Assembly (NCBI GenBank): GCA_904063045.1
Contig: CAJFCJ010000006.1
Location: forward strand, 4,480,408-4,544,407
Length of the DNA stretch: 64,000 bases
DNA from: Dimorphilus gyrociliatus
Taxonomy: Eukaryota; Animalia; Annelida
Direction: 5' to 3'
A program made the translations under genes and the position numbers. Shown here piece by piece: positions 59,812 to 64,000 of this stretch. Positions within the stretch are counted from its first letter, which is position 1, and the number at the start of each line of letters is the position of its first letter. The notes below the pieces were generated by a model. It searched no databases. It saw nothing but the letters and a program-made list of their open reading frames with translations, and was not told the origin of the DNA.

Positions 59812-62324
59812 ATGTCTCGGCCCTATAGCGCCGTACAAGCAACTGGACAACGTTCCACTTACAGCATTAGACGCACAGAGTCCAATCCCCAACTGTATGA
59901 AGAGAGAAAACCTCTAAAAGTTCTCAATTTAGGAATTCAATTCACACCTCCGCTCTCAAATGGAGTACGACCGCACGGAGGTCACCGAGGGACAAGAGGC
60001 TCTCCGCCTAGCCGATATTCTGTAAATAAAGATTCCGACTATCATCATCGTTTAAAACTAATGAAGGAAGCTGAACGCGTTTCACCGCCAAGCCCGCCAC
60101 CATCAACTCCAGCTCGTCCGTCCACTAGTCCAGCCTGGGCCTTAAGAGTTGTTAGGGAGCATAGTAAAGCAGCTGAATCTCCTTTATTTACAAAAGGACT
60201 ATTATCGCCAAAAGCTACTGATACGCAACCTGTTAAACAAACAAGGGGATTTTCTCCATCGACAAAACGACAATATTATAGACCGAATACCGCTCACGAA
60301 TATCTCCCAGCAAGCGGCAATGGTAATAAAGAAAACGACCATCTTGGAAGACCAACAAGAACAACGTAAGTTTTCTTACAGATATAAGTTTAAAAAAAGA
60401 TAACAATAGTTTTAAGGATAATCAATACTAATTCCCTGCTTATTATTCTTTTACGAAAAGATTGATCCCGTCTGCATGATTGCTTATTGAGAAATTATAT
60501 CGAATATTTCATACTTTATATATAGCCGTATATACCTAGTAAATCTAGTATATGTTTATACATATAGTATATCTACCAACTTAATATATATATATGGTAA
60601 ATATTATGTATATTTATATCACAGTAACTTCGTCTCAGTATAAATCGATGACACCTTTTCCTAAGCTTATTTATTTACGTGATTACGCCAAGTCGACAGC
60701 GACTTTATTAAATAAAACAGAATGACGATTTGTCCCTCTTTATCCTTTTATTTAATATATTCTAGGTTACTTAGAGCAGAACAAAGATGCAATTCGGCAC
60801 CTATAAATGCCTACAGATATCGAAGAGAAATAATGAAACGTTTGTATAGTTAAAGTTTTCAATTATTCAGAAAGAATTCTATCGTTCATTGCTTATAGAA
60901 TTGCAACCAGACAACAAGAGTTCGGCGACTAGGCCTATAAAAGGAAATTGCACACCGTAAATATAACCATACATATTTCATTTTGTTCCTTCCTACTTCC
61001 TTTTAAGCAATTTTTACTTTTCAACTAACTGTTTTTTTCTATTTGTTTACCTTTTTATTTACATTAGCACCTTCGACACCTCGGATGGCGAAAGCATGCA
61101 TGCATTCCTTATTGGTGCAAGATATAACAGGGCTCATTTTGTCGACTTTAAAAGTTTCTCTCATCATGGCGTTTATATGCCAAGAGATAATCCACAGAGT
61201 TGTTTCGTCCATAGACCAAAGTCTGCTGTTTCCCTTAGAACGGAGAAACGGTCGGAAGCCCCACCGTCAAGTCCTTGTGGTATAAACACTACGTAGTTTT
61301 TCAACCCTTTTGTATTCTTTAAATATATCTGTTATTTTAGAAATCAGTACATCCAACTCGCAATATTCCTCACCGCCTACTCCTTCACCGCCATCACCTA
61401 TTCCTCTTCATCGGGAAAATGGTATATCACCTCCCCCTTCTACGCCCCGTTTCGATGAGGATCAAAAGGTAAAAAACTTTAACCCAACGGTTGAAAAGCT
61501 ATCAAGGTCAGAAAGTGCCCCCGCCAAGAGTCCTGAGCCATTAGATAATCTCATTGTTATGAACAAGGGATTGAACGTGATAGGTAAGGCGTATATAAAT
61601 TCATAAGAAGTATTTATTACTTTATTATAGAAACTATTTTATTTATTTATTAGGTCGGCCTTTTAAGGGAACAACTGCTACGAACATTTCCATACCAGGT
61701 TCTCAGCCTTTTTTAGAGGAGACTGCCGTGCCAGAAATTACCACCAGCGTTAGACAAAACGTTCATTTGGCACGGCAATCAAGCAAGACCGAATCACCTA
61801 GATTAAAGAATATCGAGTTAGATGCTTTACAAGTAGTCGGCATCAGTAAATCACCAATCAACGTCCCGACCACCGCGGAGTATATTGAACTAGAGACTAA
61901 TACAGTCAGAACTCAAAATCGATTGGACAATAATCCCTCTAAGTCTAAATCTGAAAACGTCTTGTTTTTTGTCACTGAAACAACGGACGAAAATGCTGAA
62001 AAGGACAAATCTACTTTAGCTATAGAAGGAGTTGTTGTTCAATCTAGGCCTAAAAGACAGACAATGGGGTTGACGCACTCTTCTCTTGATAGGAAAGAGG
62101 ATGAAAAAATTGAACCAGTTAGTAGAGAACGAAAAGAAAAACAAGAAAACGATGGAATAGGCGAACAGACGCAAAATGGATTAGATACATTAACAAAGGA
62201 TCAAGTAACATTCGTAAAAGAAGATACCCCTTCAGTTCACGAACAAACAGAATCGATTGGCGACGAAACAGAGGCGGATGTGATAAGTGTACGAATCTCT
62301 CATAAAGACAATTCAACCTTTTAA
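59812..62324 (+). CDS. Uncharacterised Ser/Pro/Arg-rich multi-exon protein
   Basis: Exons about 59812-60365, 60767-60838, 60899-60956, 61068-61290 and later exons to 62324; the first four join in frame. Repeated RPxS/TA motifs (RPYSA, RPSTS, RPNTA, RPKSA). No recognisable folded domain. Confidence 0.7.
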
Positions 62325-63875
62325 AATTTTTACTTATCTCACTGTCTCTCAGTCTATCTATTTGTCTGTTTAGCTGTCTGTCTCTCTGTTTCTCTCGCTC
62401 TCTCTGAAAAATGGACGCATCTCCCATAAACTTTGCTAAACTTTGGGTGCTGTGATAAAATAAGATTATATTTTGTTATCTAAGGTGAAAGAATTCTCCT
62501 CTTACCTTCATTTATATAAAATAAAATAGAGAAAATGAAAATTTAATAGACGTATTATTGTCTAACTTGTCTTTATTATTTATAGCTTTATCTTCTTATT
62601 TAATCATTAGTAAGATGTTTACATAAGAAAAGAGAAAGGAGCGGTTCAAGAATCATTAAAAAGTTTTAGTAACGCCACCTATAGACTTGTACTTATATCT
62701 GACTACATTTATATATTATATATATATATACTTTATGCAAGTGGTGGGAAGGGTTTATTCATTGCTTTATAGGCTACACAAATTTTTTTCTTAAAAAAAA
62801 AAGAGAGAATTTCGTAAAGATTCTCTCTGTCTTTCTTTCTTTCTACTCTTTCAGAGTAAACAGTTACATTAAGTATGTATTCCCTAAATCTTAACTAATA
62901 ATACTTGTTATTATTCCCTCATTTTTTTTAACATTTTCACTTTTATATCTAATATTTACATGGAGAGGGAAAACAATTCCATTGATTGAAATAAAGAGTT
63001 TTACATATAGATTTTCTATACGATGTAAATTATTATCATTTTTTGATGTTACCGACACAAAAACAGTGTAGCTTCTCTTAATTCTAAATACTTAGTAATT
63101 CTCATTTTTTTAATAGTATGAAAAAAAAATGTTCTTTTTTAGAACAGTTTGATAAATTACGTTGTTCTATTATCAATTAACGTATTCTTCTCTCTCTTTC
63201 TTTTTTACTGTAGAATATCACTGAAAAGAATCAATATTATATTAATTAATGTTTTCTTTTTTTTTTTATATACGGCAGCTAATTACTCTTAGGGATTGAT
63301 AACCAATAATTCGTTTGACTTTTTATGACCTTTACCATAATTTATCTTAATAGAATTTAAGGATTTTTCTCCTGAAAATAATTGGCATTTATTTTAAATA
63401 TTATATAATACTCCAAGAAGGAATAAATCATGTTTTTTTTTATCTATACAAATATATCTTCTAAAATAATGACCAACAGACAGAAATTTTAATCTTGAAT
63501 ATCTCTCCTTTGTTATCTTAAGTATTTATACAACTATAACAAGTTTACCTTGTTATTACAGTGGGGTTTTTTTTAAGTACGTACAAAAGCTAATATCCCA
63601 TTAGGATTAACAGTTATGGTAATAGAGTTATTTTAGAATAAAGGCGCTCTTCCATAATAGTGTATATCGAGCAATATTCCAAATAGCGCAGTAGTGTCCA
63701 TAATTTTGGTAATCTGTTTTTTATCTGTTTTGCCTATTATCGAGGTCATTGCAAGATACGAGAATATTGTACATTTTATTCAACTCACATATACTACCCA
63801 TATCCTCCCAATAATCTTGTGATTAATATATTCTATCAGTTGTCGTTAAGGAATTTTACCTATCTGAGCGATAAA

Positions 63876-63986
63876 ATGCAATCTGAAGAAAAGAAATACA
63901 TACTAAGTTTGGATATAGGAACAACGAATATACGTGCTCATGTTTATAACAAGGATGCCAGAGTTATTGGACAAGATCAGGACAAG
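63876..63986 (+). CDS. GK5: FGGY-family kinase, glycerol kinase 5-like, first exon (continues beyond the window)
   Basis: MQSEEKKYILSLDIGTTNIRAHVYNKDARVIGQDQDK|gttatc: FGGY phosphate-1 motif LDIGTT plus the GK5-type IRxHVY. Confidence 0.75.
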
Positions 63987-64000
63987 GTTATCACCTAACC

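Noticed and set aside
62600-63800. Possible small minus-strand exons divergent from GK5 (e.g. GEKSLNSIKINYGKGHKK)
   Set aside because: Could not be chained into a consistent frame; AT-rich sequence yields such fragments by chance.

Overview
AT-rich metazoan genomic DNA with dense, intron-containing genes. Most introns are about 55-90 nt, and genes sit a few hundred bp apart. The style suggests a miniaturised lophotrochozoan genome such as the meiofaunal annelid Dimorphilus gyrociliatus; that is my inference, not a database result. Gene order: partial variant ionotropic glutamate-type receptor (+), ASCC1 (-), UNC93A-like (-), SAP130 (+), beta-arrestin (+), ANKRD53 (-) head-to-head with ANKRD42 (+), a small SH3 + matrin-type zinc-finger gene (+), TMEM254 (+), INPP5A (-), an orphan exon (-), a PKA RII-type subunit with no visible D/D domain (+), a DUF4062-NACHT-WD40 (NWD-like) gene ending in CaaX (+) that hosts an intronless antisense gene for a secreted 28-Cys repeat protein, a divergent Cys-loop receptor subunit (-), FAM43-like PTB gene (+), an unknown gene (-), HMGB (-), an unknown Ser/Pro-rich gene (+), and the first exon of GK5 (+). 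Highlights: (1) beta-arrestin has a tandem pair of 73-nt mutually exclusive exons, and the variant exon replaces two of the three C-domain phosphoinositide-binding residues; there is also an in-frame 93-nt cassette and a candidate alternative first exon. (2) The nested secreted Cys-repeat protein matches no family I recognise. (3) ANKRD42 has a 339-nt candidate exitron encoding a charged helix. All gene models were built by hand from splice signals, reading frames and remembered family motifs; no searches were run.
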